Below are positions 26,825-39,942 of a DNA stretch of 64,000 nt, piece after piece (positions within the stretch are counted from its first letter, which is position 1; each line of letters opens with the position of its first letter). The notes beneath the pieces were generated by a model. The model searched no databases. It was not told the origin of the DNA and saw only the letters and a list, made by a program, of their open reading frames with translations. The position numbers and the translations under genes are program-made. The DNA lies in contig NW_008805068.1 in assembly GCF_000004825.1 (NCBI RefSeq), forward strand, positions 1,861,471-1,925,470, read 5' to 3'. Origin of the DNA: Heterostelium pallidum. Its lineage: Eukaryota.

Positions 26825-29800
26825 TTATAATCAATCAATTTTGAGTAGTGTAAATAATAATGATATATATATATATATATTTTAATATTATTTTAATTTT
26901 ATTTTTTAATAACTTACGCAGACATCTTTGTAAATCTATATCATAAATATATATAAAATATAAATATTATTATTAATATTATTATTACTATATATAATAA
27001 AAAATCTATAAATATACTAATAAATGGAAATTATTAATAAAATATAAATAAATAACTATTTAAAGAAAATAAAGTGGAAAAAATAAAAATAAAATAGAAA
27101 TTGATTGTTTGTTGTTGTTGTAGATTTGATGTAATAGTTTAGTGGTTTTGTTTTTTTTTTTTTTTGGTAATATGATGTGTTTGTTTGAATATGTTGTGTT
27201 TCAAACTTGTACTTTTTACTATTATTACTATTAATAATGTTAGTTGTTATTGCTAACTATGATGATGATGATGATGTTATTACACAAATAATATCGAAAA
27301 ACTATTTATTATCTTTTTTTAAAAATATAAAATAATATAGATAGATAAAAGATAATAACTAAAACAATTACTATTATTATTATTTTATTACAAGCAAATT
27401 ATTATAATTTATATTATTTTTTTTTTATAGAATTCTATAGTTGAAAAAAGTATAGTTTTTTTTTGTTTGGAAACAAGCAAAAATTAATAGTCTTGATATT
27501 TTTTTTATTGTTTTTTTTTTTTTTTGTGGGCATCAAAAAATACCAAAAAATAAAAAGTTACATCAATAAAAAAATTAAAAATAAATTGTTGTTTTTCTTT
27601 GACTTTGCACCTTTTGCGTTTTTGTTGTGTTTTTCATCAAATTTCTTTTCGTGCGTGAAATGGATAATAATATTTAATCTTAACAAAAAAAAAAATTCGA
27701 ATTTTTTCCACTACACAATTCTCTGCCCTCACCACCTCTTATTACCTCCTATATAATTTTAGATATTTTATTGTTTGTTGATAATCAAGCCAGCCAGTAT
27801 TTGCAATGACTATCACAAATTGATTTATTCAACTCTAATAAGCTAACAAGTTGGCTAAAATATCTAATATCTAATTTAATATAACTCTCACTTCTGTTTT
27901 GTTATGTTCTGTTATCTTCTGTTCTGTTTCTCTCTTGTTATTATTCTATTCTCTCCTCTTGATATTTTCTTTTACTTATTATAATAATTTAATAAAAATA
28001 AAAAATATAAATATCTTTTTGATCGACTAATCAAATCAATCTAATTTTGATTAGTTTAATAAATAATATAATAAAATAAATAAATAAATAAAATGAAATA
28101 AATAATAGATATGATAGGATAGCGATTTGTTATAATATAATATAATTATAATTCGATATAAACCAAAAAAAAAAAAGAATTTTAGGTTTTTCTACAACTA
28201 CACAAATTATTTTAAAATTACAAAATAAATGGAATAGCAAAAGTAAATGGATGATTGATTGATTGATTGATGATGATGGTGATGATGATGTTGTTGTTAA
28301 TTGTTAAATGTTAAATGTTGTAGTTGTAGTAGTTATTGTGTAATGGAGTGACAGCAGTAGATAGAGTAGTAGCAAAACAGTCGTAGTTCTCAAAAGCAAA
28401 AGTTTAAATTCAATTACAATCAAAATCTTTTCTTTTGTTAATAGGATCAATTTGAAACTACTTACTTTTTGTTGTTGTTGTTGTTGTTTGTTGTTAGTGT
28501 TGTTGTTGTTGTTGTCGTTTGATTGATTTATAATATTAACTAATTCACCCAACTAACTCACTACTTGATTAACCTTTTTGTAAAAACAAACCAACAAACA
28601 AGCAAACAAACAATTATAAATACCACCAATTGCTGCTTATTTTCTAAAAATGTTTATTCCATTTTTTAATATAATATGATAATAAATTATCATCATTTTT
28701 TTTTAGTATTAATAAATTTATAAATATATTAATTGTTTGTAGTGAGTGGATGTCAACTATCAAACAGGCATACAGACAGACAACAAACAGACAACTACCT
28801 AAAAGAACTTAACTTTTTTTTTTTCTACTTTTCCAATTCAATAAAACAATATATCAAACAATCAAACATATTATCACAACAGAATAACAAAAAGAGATAG
28901 GAGTAATTGTTTATCTGGCTACTATTGTTATTTCTAGTTCATCAACACCAATCAAATATCCAATTGAAGTTATGTGGAGTGATTTGGAGCACGACAACAC
29001 TCGTATCGTTTTAATATGTGAAAATATTTTCAAAAATGTGGGAAAGATTCTATCATTCATAATCTTGTGTTGTGGTGATGTGTGTGTTTGTTAATGATAC
29101 AACCAGTGTATTTAGATTTAAAAGAGATATAATACTTAATATAATATATTAAATATAAAAGTGAAGTATAGGAAGAATTAAAGTCATTTATTAATGAAAG
29201 CCAGTTTTTAAAGTAAAAAATTTTCAAATAAATTTAAAGTGGAACTTAACTCTTTTAGAGTCGTAGACCAACATTATGATTTTGATTTTGATTTTGATTT
29301 ATATGAAATCTCAAACTCCACTGACCGAGCACAAATAATATTACATATTTTCACATTCTTTTATTATAATTTATTACATCTACCCAAAAAACTAAACAAT
29401 AATCAACTTTCATTTTATCTAAATTTAGAAAAAAAAAATGGTTTAGATTTTTTATTTCCAATAAATCGATTTTTTGTTGGATCAAAAACAAATTTTTAGA
29501 TTTGATTTATTCTTCCTTATTCTTTTTCTTTTTTTTGTGGGTGAGCTTGTTAAATCATAGCGTATAAATTTATCATAATCAATGTTAAATCATAATAATA
29601 ATAATAATATTTGAATATCCAAAATTTACTGTAATAATAAATTTTAGTAGTTTTTTAATTTAACAAATTTTATGTATAAAAAATATTAAATGGAAAACAA
29701 TGATCTTTGAGAAGTAAGCAATTTGTCAATCATATAATTTGTTTATTACCATTCAAATTGTCGATTATGAATTTGTAAGTGGTTTTTTTTTTTTAAATTT

Positions 29801-30708
29801 AAAAAAAGTTCGATCTGAAAAATATCGATAAAGTTTGATCAAAGCCTAAAAATAACGAATAGATGTAATCATTCAGTTACTACAATGAAAAAAAAAAAAG
29901 GTTTGTTTGACATAAATTTTGTTTATTAAAATCTAGTTCTTTGAGACTAAACAAACAAATAAAAATTGTACAATTTTTAAATAAAAACAAACTTTAAATG
30001 TATTATTTGTACAACAACTCTAAATGATAAACATTTAAAATAACTAAATAACTATTAATCTTTGTGTGGATAATATTTATTTATTTTTGTCGACAATTCT
30101 CAAATGTTATTATATCAATCATAATTTTACAAAAAATCAAATATATTAAATTAAACAATAACAAGAAAAATAATTAAAGATCAAATTAATGATTAATATT
30201 ATAAAAAAAAAATTAAAAAAATCAAAAAAAGTTAAGATATTAAAAAAAAATGATAATAAAAAAAAAAAAAATTCAATAATTTTCAAAAAAAATTAATAAA
30301 AAAAAGTTTGAAAGGGTTGAAGTTGGTCTTTGTGAGAAAAAAAGCTCATTGTGCCCCTGTTTTTAGTGAGTTTTTTAATTCAAAAATATCAAAGGAGAAA
30401 ATTCCAAGAATGTTGAAATTTTTAAATATCAAAATTTATTTGGAATTTTTGTCAAACAAAAAGCTATTGTCAATCTTTGTTTAAATTTAAAAGCAAGACC
30501 AACACTTTATTTAAATCATCATCTATCAATCATCAAATCAATATTCATCAACACCTTTCTTTTATATATATCTTTAAATAATATAATTATACATTATATT
30601 ATATTTTCATTGTTATATTAAATATCACTCTAGTTTTAATTTCCCAACTTTAACTTTCTTCTTTTCTTCTTTATATATATAACTTTATAATATATTATAT
30701 CAAACAAA

Positions 30709-33293
30709 ATGGCTGATATTAACTCTGGTAAGATAAAATAAGATTATAATATTATTAACTCTATAACAACCAAAATCGATATACTAATCTAATAAAAATG
30801 TTATCTCTTCTTTTTTTTTATTAATATTTTTTAGTAATTAGAATTAAACCACACCAATACATTCATGTATTAGATAATAATACAAATGTTACTAGAGTTG
30901 AAATTGGTCCATTCACTTTTACACGTCAAGATCATGAGAAAGTAGTTGCTGGACCAGAGCCAATGATTATGATTCCATTGAGAAACTACTGTACTATTGC
31001 TAACCCAGTAGTTCGTAAGGATGATGGTGCTTTGGTTTTGGATGAATATAATCAAGTAAAGTTGAGACATGGTGATGAGGAAATCAGATTTTCACAAGAC
31101 CCATTCCCATTGTACCCAGGTGAAAAGTTGGTCGGTAAGGTAACTGCCCTCCAAATCGTTCCACCAATGCGTGCATTGCGTTTGCGTGCCCTCCGTGACT
31201 TCACCGACAACAAGGTTCAACGTGTTGCTGGTGACGAATGGTTGTACGAAGGTCCAGGTACCTACCAACCACGTATCGAAGTCCGTATCGAAGAGGAAAT
31301 CAAGTCGACTATCATCGCTCCAAACCAAGCTCTCAAGTTGCGTGCCAACAAGGCATTCACCGACCGTACCGGTGTCGTCAGAAAGGCTGGTGAGGAATGG
31401 TTGATCCGTACTGTCGGTGGCTACCTCCCAGGTGTCGACGAGAAGGTCATCGATACCATCAACGCCTACATCTTGACCGACAAGAAGGCTCTCCACTTGA
31501 AGGCTATCAAGTCATTCACCGACGAATCCGGTAAGGCCAGAAAGGCTGGTGAAGAATGGTTAGTCACCTCTGCCGACTCTGAAACTCACATTCCAGACGT
31601 ATATGAAACCGTTGTTGGTGAAGTCCCAATTACCACCCTCTCCAACCGTCAATACTGCGTTGTCTTGGATCCAATCGGTACCACCGGTAAGCCACAACTC
31701 GGACAAAAGGAGTTGCGTAAGGGTGAACTCTCTTTCTTCTTGCGTCCAGGTGAATCATTGGAGCGTGGAATCCAAAACGTCTACGTCTTGAACGAACAAG
31801 AAGCTTTGTTGTTGCGTGCCAAGGAAACCTTTACCGAAGGAACCACCAACCATTTGGCCGGTGACCGTTGGATGATTTACGGTCCAACCGACTACGTTCC
31901 ACCAGTCCAAGTCGATGTCGTCGAGAAGCGTATCTCCATTCCATTGGATGACAACGAAGGTATCTACGTCCGTGACATCAAGTCCGGTAAGGTCACCACC
32001 ATCTCTGGACGTTCCTACATGTTGAAGCCAAACGAAGAGCTCTGGTCAATGGAACTCGAAAAGACCGTCGAGGAAATCTTGGTCAAGGACAACAACAACC
32101 CAGAGTTTGCCGACAACCGTGATAAGACCCGTGTCGTCACCTACCGTGCTCCACACAACTCTGCTGTACAAATTTACGATTATAAAGAGAAGAAGTCTCG
32201 TGTTGTCTTTGGTCCAGATTTAGTTATGTTGGGTCCAGACGAACGTTTCACCGTTCTCTCCTTGTCTGGTGAGAAGCCAAAGCGTCCACACATGATCAAG
32301 GCTATCGCCCTCTACTTGGGTCCAGATTTCATGACTGATGTTGTCATTGTCGAAACCTCTGACCATGCCAAGCTCTCCTTGAAGCTCTCATACAACTGGC
32401 AATTCACCGTCGACAAGACCAAGAAGGAAGATGCCGCCAAGATCTTCCAAGTCCCAGATTTCGTTGGTGACTCTTGCAAGGCTATTGCCTCACGTGTTCG
32501 TGGTGCCGTCGCTTCCGTCCCATTCGACGACTTCCACAAGCGTTCCGCTGAAATCATCAGACAAGCCGTCTTTGGTACCCAAGAGAACTTTGCCTTCACC
32601 TCTAACAACTTGGTCATCACCAACATTGATATTCAATCTGTAGAGCCAGTCGACCAACGTACTCGTGACTCCCTCCAAAAGTCTGTACAATTGGCCATTG
32701 AAATCACCACCAAGTCTCAAGAGGCTGCCGCTCGTCATGAAGCTGAGAAGTTGGAGCAAGGTGCTCGTGGTCGTTTGGAACGTCAAAAGATTAACGATGA
32801 GGCTGCAGCTGAGATTGCCAAGAAGGAACTCTTGGAGCTCCAGGCTCAATCTGCTGCCGTCGAGTCCACCGGTCAAGCTACCGCCGAAGCCCAAGCTACA
32901 GCTGAGGCTCAAGCCATCACTGCTCAATCCAATGTCGACCAAGCCAGATTGAGAGCTCAAGCCACCAAGATCCGTGCCGAGTCTGAATTGCTCTTGATCA
33001 AGCAAAAACGTGAAGCCGAGTTGGCCTACAAGAAGCAACTCGATGATTTGGAACTCCAAAGACAACGTGAACTCTCTACCATCGAAGCCAAGAAGTTCAA
33101 GCAATTGGTCGACTCCATCGGTCAAGAGACCCTCAAGTCCATCGCCCAATCTGGTCCAGAGATGCAAGCCAAGTTGCTCCAAGGTTTGGGTCTTTCTTCA
33201 GTTATGATCACCGACGGTTCATCACCAATCAATCTTTTCAACACTGCCAATGGTTTAATCGGTGGTGCCCCCAAAGCCAGCAAGAAGTTTTAA
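30709..33293 (+). CDS. Major vault protein (mvpA or mvpB paralog not resolved). Exons 30709..30727 and 30835..33293.
   Basis: MADINS|[59 protein letters not shown]... followed by the MVP repeat array ([39 protein letters not shown]..., etc.), the shoulder domain and a coiled-coil cap helix. It is colinear with human MVP. The intron is GTAAGA...ttttag. Confidence 0.92.
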
Positions 33294-33628
33294 ACAATCA
33301 AATCAAAACTTCTTTACAAAATAGAATAACAACCTGCTAAAATACTAACAAATAATATTAAATTATTATTTGTTTTTATAAATAAATATAAAATAAAATC
33401 TTGTAAATTATATATTCACAATCCAACAATTAAATTTCATGATAACTTTATTGTTATATTCTTTTTTTTTTTGGTTTATTTTTAATTAATCAATCTAACT
33501 TTTAACATTTATAATCTTAGATTGATTTCCCTTTTAAAGTGAGAAATTTGTGATAAATCAAACATTTGTGTTCGTTCACCTTTGGGATCAAAACAATTAT
33601 TTTTTTTTTTTGTTATGATTTGTTTCGT

Positions 33629-34558
33629 ATGGATCTTATCTTTCAGTATGAATCTGGTGATGAACGATCATCATCTGATTCAGAGGAAGAAGAGAAATCA
33701 TGTTCAAAAGTGGTAAAGAAAATAAAGATTGACAAAATTGACAACAACAAAGTAGTGTCTACTGCTGATGAGATCCCAGATTTACCAGATGACTTATTCC
33801 CCGAGAGTATCAAAGAAGAGTTGGTATTGGACAATGGAAAGAAACGATTGTTTGAACATGTAGATGGAAACTATCCAACATATGTCTATGTTAAGATTCC
33901 TACTAGCGACGATATAAATGCAATGATAGAAGAGGTTGGATCAATTGCAAAAGAACATGATGTATTAGAGGTGGTAGACGATTACCATGTATCGCTTTCA
34001 AGAGTATTCACAATGAGGGAACATCATATAGATACATTTACATCTGAAATGACAACTAAACTAAAGAATATTAAAGAGTAACAAAAAAAAAAAAACCATT
34101 TATAAGAATAGATCTAGTATCTTTATTAACATTTACTAATCTTATTTCATAGATTTACTATTAATTTCGAAACTATATCTACATTTGTAAACGATGGTCA
34201 ATCTAGATTGTTTTTCTCAGCCAATGTTTGTAGGAATGTAGATAAATTGAATGATACTATCAAAAAGATTGATCAAGTTCTCAAACAATTTAAATTCCCT
34301 GTGTTCTATGAGGTAATGTATTTCAAACTAGTTATTTTGATTCTAACTATTTATATCTAACTATTTATATCTATCTATTTATAGACACCTTTACCTCATC
34401 TCTCTGTAAACTGGAAGGCAATAGAACCAACAGATCCTTTAGTGATAAATCCAATTAAAGATATGCCCTTGAAACACTCAACAAAATCAACAATAGTAGA
34501 TACAATCTATTGGAAGATAGGAAAGTATGAATTTTTTGTAAATCTTAACAAACAATGA
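33629..34558 (+). CDS. usb1: U6 snRNA phosphodiesterase USB1/Mpn1 homolog (2H phosphoesterase). Exons 33629..34077, 34153..34312, 34385..34558.
   Basis: Exon 1 ends ...HVDGNYPTYVYVKIP...DYHVSLSRVF, the first H-x-S/T motif. Exon 3 carries TPLPHLSVNWKAI, the second H-x-S motif. Introns GTAACA...tttcatag and GTAATG...tatttatag preserve the frame. The N-terminal acidic/Ser-rich region is low complexity. Confidence 0.7.
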
Positions 34559-34661
34559 CCACCAAAAAATAAAAACGAATAATTATATCATCAGATTTAA
34601 TGTTTCGGCGTGTCATGAAAAATGATCTTGATTCAGATTTAATTTCATTCAATTAATTAAA

Positions 34662-35383
34662 ATGTCTGATAATAATAGTAATAATAGTGATAGTAATAAT
34701 AATAATAATAATAGTAATAATGAAAATAAAACTACTTCATATCTAGAACAAAAGGTACAAAAATATTTAGATGAAAATCCACAACCTAAATTTGTAAACA
34801 TGCCAGTGTTTGTTACTAAAGACATGCCTTTGTCTACATTCTTTTTGACGTCGGGTGCTTTGATATCGTTTGGTTTTCTTCTTGGTATAATGCTAGGTAC
34901 AAGAAAAACTGGTGGTATAAAGACAACTCTGCGTAATGCACCACCAGGTACACTTGCCTATACAGCAAAGGCATTGTTTGGTGGAACTCTTCTATGTTTT
35001 GGTACAACAGGTGTTGCTTTATATGCATTAAAGAAATATAATAATATACAGACTGTATGAATCTTATTAACTAAATACTAAATTAGATCTAATCATTCAT
35101 TAACGATTGTTTCATTCTTTTACTCTATAACTAACTACTACTTTCTTTAAAAAAAAAGGTTGATGAATTTGGAAAGTTTATGAGTTCAAAATTGTTTGGA
35201 ATCGATCATACAAAGAGGAGAAATCAATTGATATTGGAAGAAGAAAGAATGAAATCTGTTGTTGGTGCCGAAGATCAGAGTAAATATGATAATGTTGATG
35301 ACGATGAAGATGTTCACGATGTAATTAGTGCAATTTGGAAACCAGAGAATGATATCTCTAGTAGTCAAAAGAAAGAAGAATAA
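34662..35383 (+). CDS. Small membrane protein with two predicted TM helices, function unknown. Possibly two exons, 34662..35054 and 35159..35383. Alternatively only the 132-aa first ORF is real.
   Basis: The 34662..35060 ORF has an N-rich N-terminus, then LSTFFLTSGALISFGFLLGIMLG and ALFGGTLLCFGTTGVALYAL hydrophobic helices. Its stop lies inside a GTATGA donor-like site. Splicing to the ag at 35158 joins in frame to VDEFGKFMSSKLFGIDHTKRRNQLILEEERMK...SSQKKEE*. Confidence 0.45.
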
Positions 35384-35544
35384 AATAAGATAAAAAAACT
35401 TGTTAAATATTATAATAGTAATAACATATTGTTTCTTTTTCATTTTCATTTATTACTATTATTATTATTTCTTGATTGTTTATTATTATTTCATTTTGTT
35501 TTCCATTTGTTTCTATTGAGCAGCATCTTCAGCAGCTTCAGATC

Positions 35545-37069
35545 TTATTGTGTAAATTGTTTAACGATTTCAAGGATTTCAGTGTTTGTTTCAAACAATG
35601 GTTTCAATTGGTTGAGATAACGTCTGGCAGTCGATTTGAGATGACCAGAGAGGATCTTGGTGGAGACTGGATCGATGTGTGGATTCTTTAGGAGGGCGTC
35701 GAGTGATTTGAACATAGTTGTGAAGAGTGTCTGTTGTTCGGTTTGTGCACTCTTGAGCTTCAATTCCTTCTCCGCAGAGTTCATCGATACTTCGTAGTCC
35801 TTGGCGAGTGTGTCGATGATGATATTGGTCTTCTCGATCGAGTTATAGATGATCTCCCACACGTAAGCATCGGTGACGACAACACCATTCTTTGGATCAC
35901 CAGAGAGCAGCATAGCGATCGGGTCGATCGGTGCCAAGATCTTATAGGTAATGAGCTTATCGACAACGATAACAACATGTTGGTGTGATGACTGCCAGAA
36001 TTGGAGGGTGCTCTTCAAGCACTCGAAACGGTCTTCATTCGACTTGATAGTGGTCTTGAACAAGGTGACATAACGCTCGATAGCGTAGGTAAGATGAGAG
36101 AAACTGGTCGATCCAATATGTAAAATACATTTAGTGACCAATTCGACGACATTGATATTCTCTGGAATGGCAGCGACCTGTTGAATGATATTCTCAATCG
36201 GTTCTTTCTGTTTGAATGACAACAGCAATTTGTGTGATTGTGAAACTAAATCTTTTGATTCTTCATCTAGATGATTAATTAAAGGTAGGAAGGATATTAG
36301 TAAGTGGATGCTATTGTTTTTGCTATGCTATTTACTACATACTGGTATTGGGATCAATGAATTTGAAATTGGGAGCGATTGCAGTTGGCAGGTAGGAATG
36401 GTATTCTGGTGGGAGGATCTGTTTGATTTTATCGAGATAACTAAGACGTACGATCGACTCTAGGAGTTGCACGATGAATTTACGTTGGAGGAGGATGAGC
36501 ATGTCGTTCTCACCACCGTTCTCACCCAATGCTGCGGTGAGTGGAACACTCCAGTCCGACCAGACCCACTTGAACTCGTAGTTACTGAGATGGTGTGCAA
36601 ACATCAATGAGAATCTGCTTACTATCTCTGTATCCATTTGATCGATATTCTCATACAACATATTGATTGCGTATGCGAAAACCGGAATGATAGTGGCATG
36701 TTGGTCACGGAACAAATCGACAAACATAACAGAGTAGTATATCGATTTAAATGATGAATGTGGTAATTTAAATGCTTCTGCTAATATAGTCTAAATAACA
36801 TAATATAAATTAATAAATAACACTAATCATTATTCAATATTATCATCATCATTTTCAAACTTACTTCTACTACAATATGATCAATCTCTGTTTGAACTGG
36901 TAAAGAGTAGATGAATTTAGCAGCTTCTTTATGACTACCGTTGAAGAAGTAGAGAATATCGACGATATACTCTTCAATAACGTGTCTATCGATTGGTTTC
37001 AACTGTCCATCGGTACCATCATCAAATAATCTAAATACTGGGTTTGTATATAATGGATAGTTGAAATTC

Positions 37070-37104
<35 letters not shown>

Positions 37105-38419
37105 GTTTGTTCGATTTGTTAGTATACTAAATATAAACAATAATAATGATGATTGTTTATGATAATTACAGAATCTTCAGTTGGTATATTAATTGGAGTT
37201 AGAACATGTTGATTAGCTTCGGTGAAATCGAATGACTTGTTGATTTGTATGATTGAATCGCAATTCCAATTGTTTTCCTTTTGTGTTTTGATTTGCTTCA
37301 TCAATAGCTCTAATCTATCATCATTCTAAAGACAATAACAATAATAACAAATATTAATAAACGATTCGAGTTTAACCATTTTATATGATCTAAATACCTC
37401 TGTAAATGATTGGAAGAATTTCTTTTCTGTTACAGATCTACTTGCCAAGTATGTTTCTAATTCCTCTAAAACGGTATCGAGTTGTTGTTGATGAGTTGGT
37501 TGAATATATTGTGCAACCTATATATATATAATATTGAATAATTGTTTGTTTATATGATGATTAATAACAATTGTATTAATATAGATTATGTTTATAAACT
37601 ATTATATATATATAGTTACCCATGGAATTGTTGTCATGACAAGATAAATATAGAAATCAGACTTGGCTTGTGTGAATTGTGGTAGTGTCAAGACTGACAT
37701 CAATGTCTCGAATACCTCAAAGATTGCAGAGGGTAACAATACATTGGTAGCAATCAAACATGCAATGAAACGTATCAACAACTTGGCAGATGCAAACTTT
37801 TGTTTAGCAAGTGCATCATTTAATTCTGTTATTAAATCAATATCAAATAAAAAAAGAGTTAGAAGTTTACACTAGTAATATTATTAATGTATATTAACAG
37901 GTATATAATACAACTTACCATCAACCAAAGTACAAACAATCTCTTTACCAAATTCATGATTCTTCAAATTCATCTTTCCGACTATGGTAGCATAGATTGG
38001 TGTTTTATAAGGTAATTGTGAAATACTAAAGTGAAGAAAGAAAGAAAGATATAATATATATATAAGTAAAAGATTAAGATTATAAAGTAGATTGTTAATT
38101 CGATATATATAAGATTATAATCTTACCATTTGAATAATATATTTTGAATGGTTGAACTGTTCTTTGATAGATCCGGTAGTAATACACCGACCAAACCTTC
38201 GATGTTCGAATTGAGTGCAGTTGTCGATTTGTCACCGATACGAACAATCAATGAGGTCAACTTTGATTTGACATCGTCCTCTGGATTGGTTTGCATCGAT
38301 CTATTTCCACCGCCACTACCACCGCCACCTCCACCACCACTACCTCTTCTGTTTCCACCGCCACCGCCACCACTACCTCTTCTATTGTATTGAGGTGAAC
38401 TTCCAATATTGAATGACAT
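35545..38419 (-). CDS. ncbp1: Nuclear cap-binding protein subunit 1 (CBP80/NCBP1). Multi-exon, about 8 exons. ORF-supported exons include 38123..38419 (N-terminal), 36335..~36800 and 35545..36228 (C-terminal).
   Basis: N-terminal exon ...[29 protein letters not shown] matches human NCBP1 SLICKVGEKSACSLESNLEGLAGVLEADL. An internal exon [27 protein letters not shown]...[25 protein letters not shown] matches EVIFAELFQLPAPPHIDVMYTTLLIELC...[22 protein letters not shown]. Its acceptor ttatttag is at ~36800. The C-terminal exon carries the MIF4G-3 region. Intervening small exons between 36830 and 38110 were not delineated individually. Confidence 0.8.
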
Positions 38420-39942
38420 TTGTTTTGCTTGCTTCTAAGTGAGATAAAGAAAGAGTACTACTTTAAACAACAATCGATTCGATTCTGAGTTGAAACAAAC
38501 TATCTATAACAGATTCCACACAAACAATACACCACACACAATAAATCTAAATTGTTGTTATTTATTAAAATATTAACCAATTTAGATTAGTTTGTGATTG
38601 GTTCGACAAGGGTGTTTCGTATCTATTATTAATTTGATCAAAGTCAATATAAATTTTTAGAATTTTTTTTTTGCAAAATTTTTGAAAACTAACTCCATGA
38701 GTCTGATCATCATTATAAGTCACAGTATTACAAGGAAAGGTTACGATTTGAATAAGTTACAGTTTGGAGACATTCTATAATATTAGAATTCTTTGATAAA
38801 CATTTGTAGAAGCACCCTTGTTGTTTTTTTTACAAGAAGAAGCCAGTTTTTTTTGTAAATTTAAATCTCCTCATTAATGTAATGGTGGAGGTCTTAATCA
38901 CTGTAATGAATCCTCACACACTATCATCATATAAAATCATTGAAGAAGATTATACCACACCAGTCATAGACACCATCAACATAACAAATATAAAATTACC
39001 TGTTTGTGAATCAAATTTTCACACAAATATCCCACTATGAAAAATATTTCTGCCGCCAACATATTTCAAATATATAAATTCGGTTACCAAACTAATATAT
39101 TTAAGAGCAAACTGCCTTGGAGTAACTGGACATTGGCTAAACAATCAAATCTTTAGTTATTTGAGTCCAAACATAGTAGTTTTAATCTTATAGTTTACAT
39201 TTCATCGGACTGCTCATCAATCTCATCAAGTTGAGATGGCTTGCCAAAACACCAAGACAAATCGCCGATACAAAGAAATGTGGTTCGTTCTCCTACAGCA
39301 CAAGCTACGCCATGAACTTGCTCTATCTCCAAATCTGTTTGGCATACTCCACAATGACACCATTCATTTCTGGGTATCGACACCGGAATACCAATCGGGT
39401 GGTTCACTCTATCCAAGTGCATTCCGTCGTACCATTGTCGGTTTGATCATCTGCCAACTATTGATGATGGTGTCTTCAATGGCTATAAATTCTTCTAGGT
39501 AATCTCGTTGTTATTCCACTGATTGTAACTGTTGTATTTGCCGCCTACTGGGAAGTGTTGTTCCACTACAAGTCAAAGCACGGTGTACTAGATGCCGACC
39601 AACAAGATCTCATTCGATTCAATCGCGACCACGATTCCGGAGAATCCAACTCTGGACAATCGATCGACCTTCAAAAATCAAGCATCCAAGAGGATCTTCC
39701 ACTCAGAATCGACCAAACCGAATTCTTTGACAAGTGTTACTCCTACCAAGATTAAAATGGAACTCAATACCGTCCACCTTACTATTCACCCCTTATGGCA
39801 ATTAATTTTAATTGTCAACAAGGACCTTCAAGTCCATAACTAAATATATAATAATATATTAAAAAAATAAAAATAAAAAAATAAAAAACAAATAACTAAT
39901 AAAATGTTTAAATATTTCTTATCAAAATTATTTCTTATTTTT

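Noticed and set aside
28968-29091. 40-codon ORF with C-ending codons (MWSDLEHDNTRIVLICENIFKNVGKILSFIILCCGDVCVC) in the 3.9-kb rasGAP-mvp intergenic region
   Set aside because: Too short, with no homology or signal and no splice partners found. It may be a micro-ORF but is unsupported.
31092-33207. Multiple 60-230-aa ORFs on both strands inside the mvp locus (e.g. 32490..33182 -, 32665..32952 +)
   Set aside because: Alternative frames of the codon-biased major vault protein CDS, which has high GC3 and few stops. The true frame is unambiguous from colinearity with MVP.
38148-38393. + strand poly-Pro ORF (…[24 protein letters not shown]…)
   Set aside because: Antisense of the Gly-rich N-terminus ([18 protein letters not shown]) of CBP80 exon 1.
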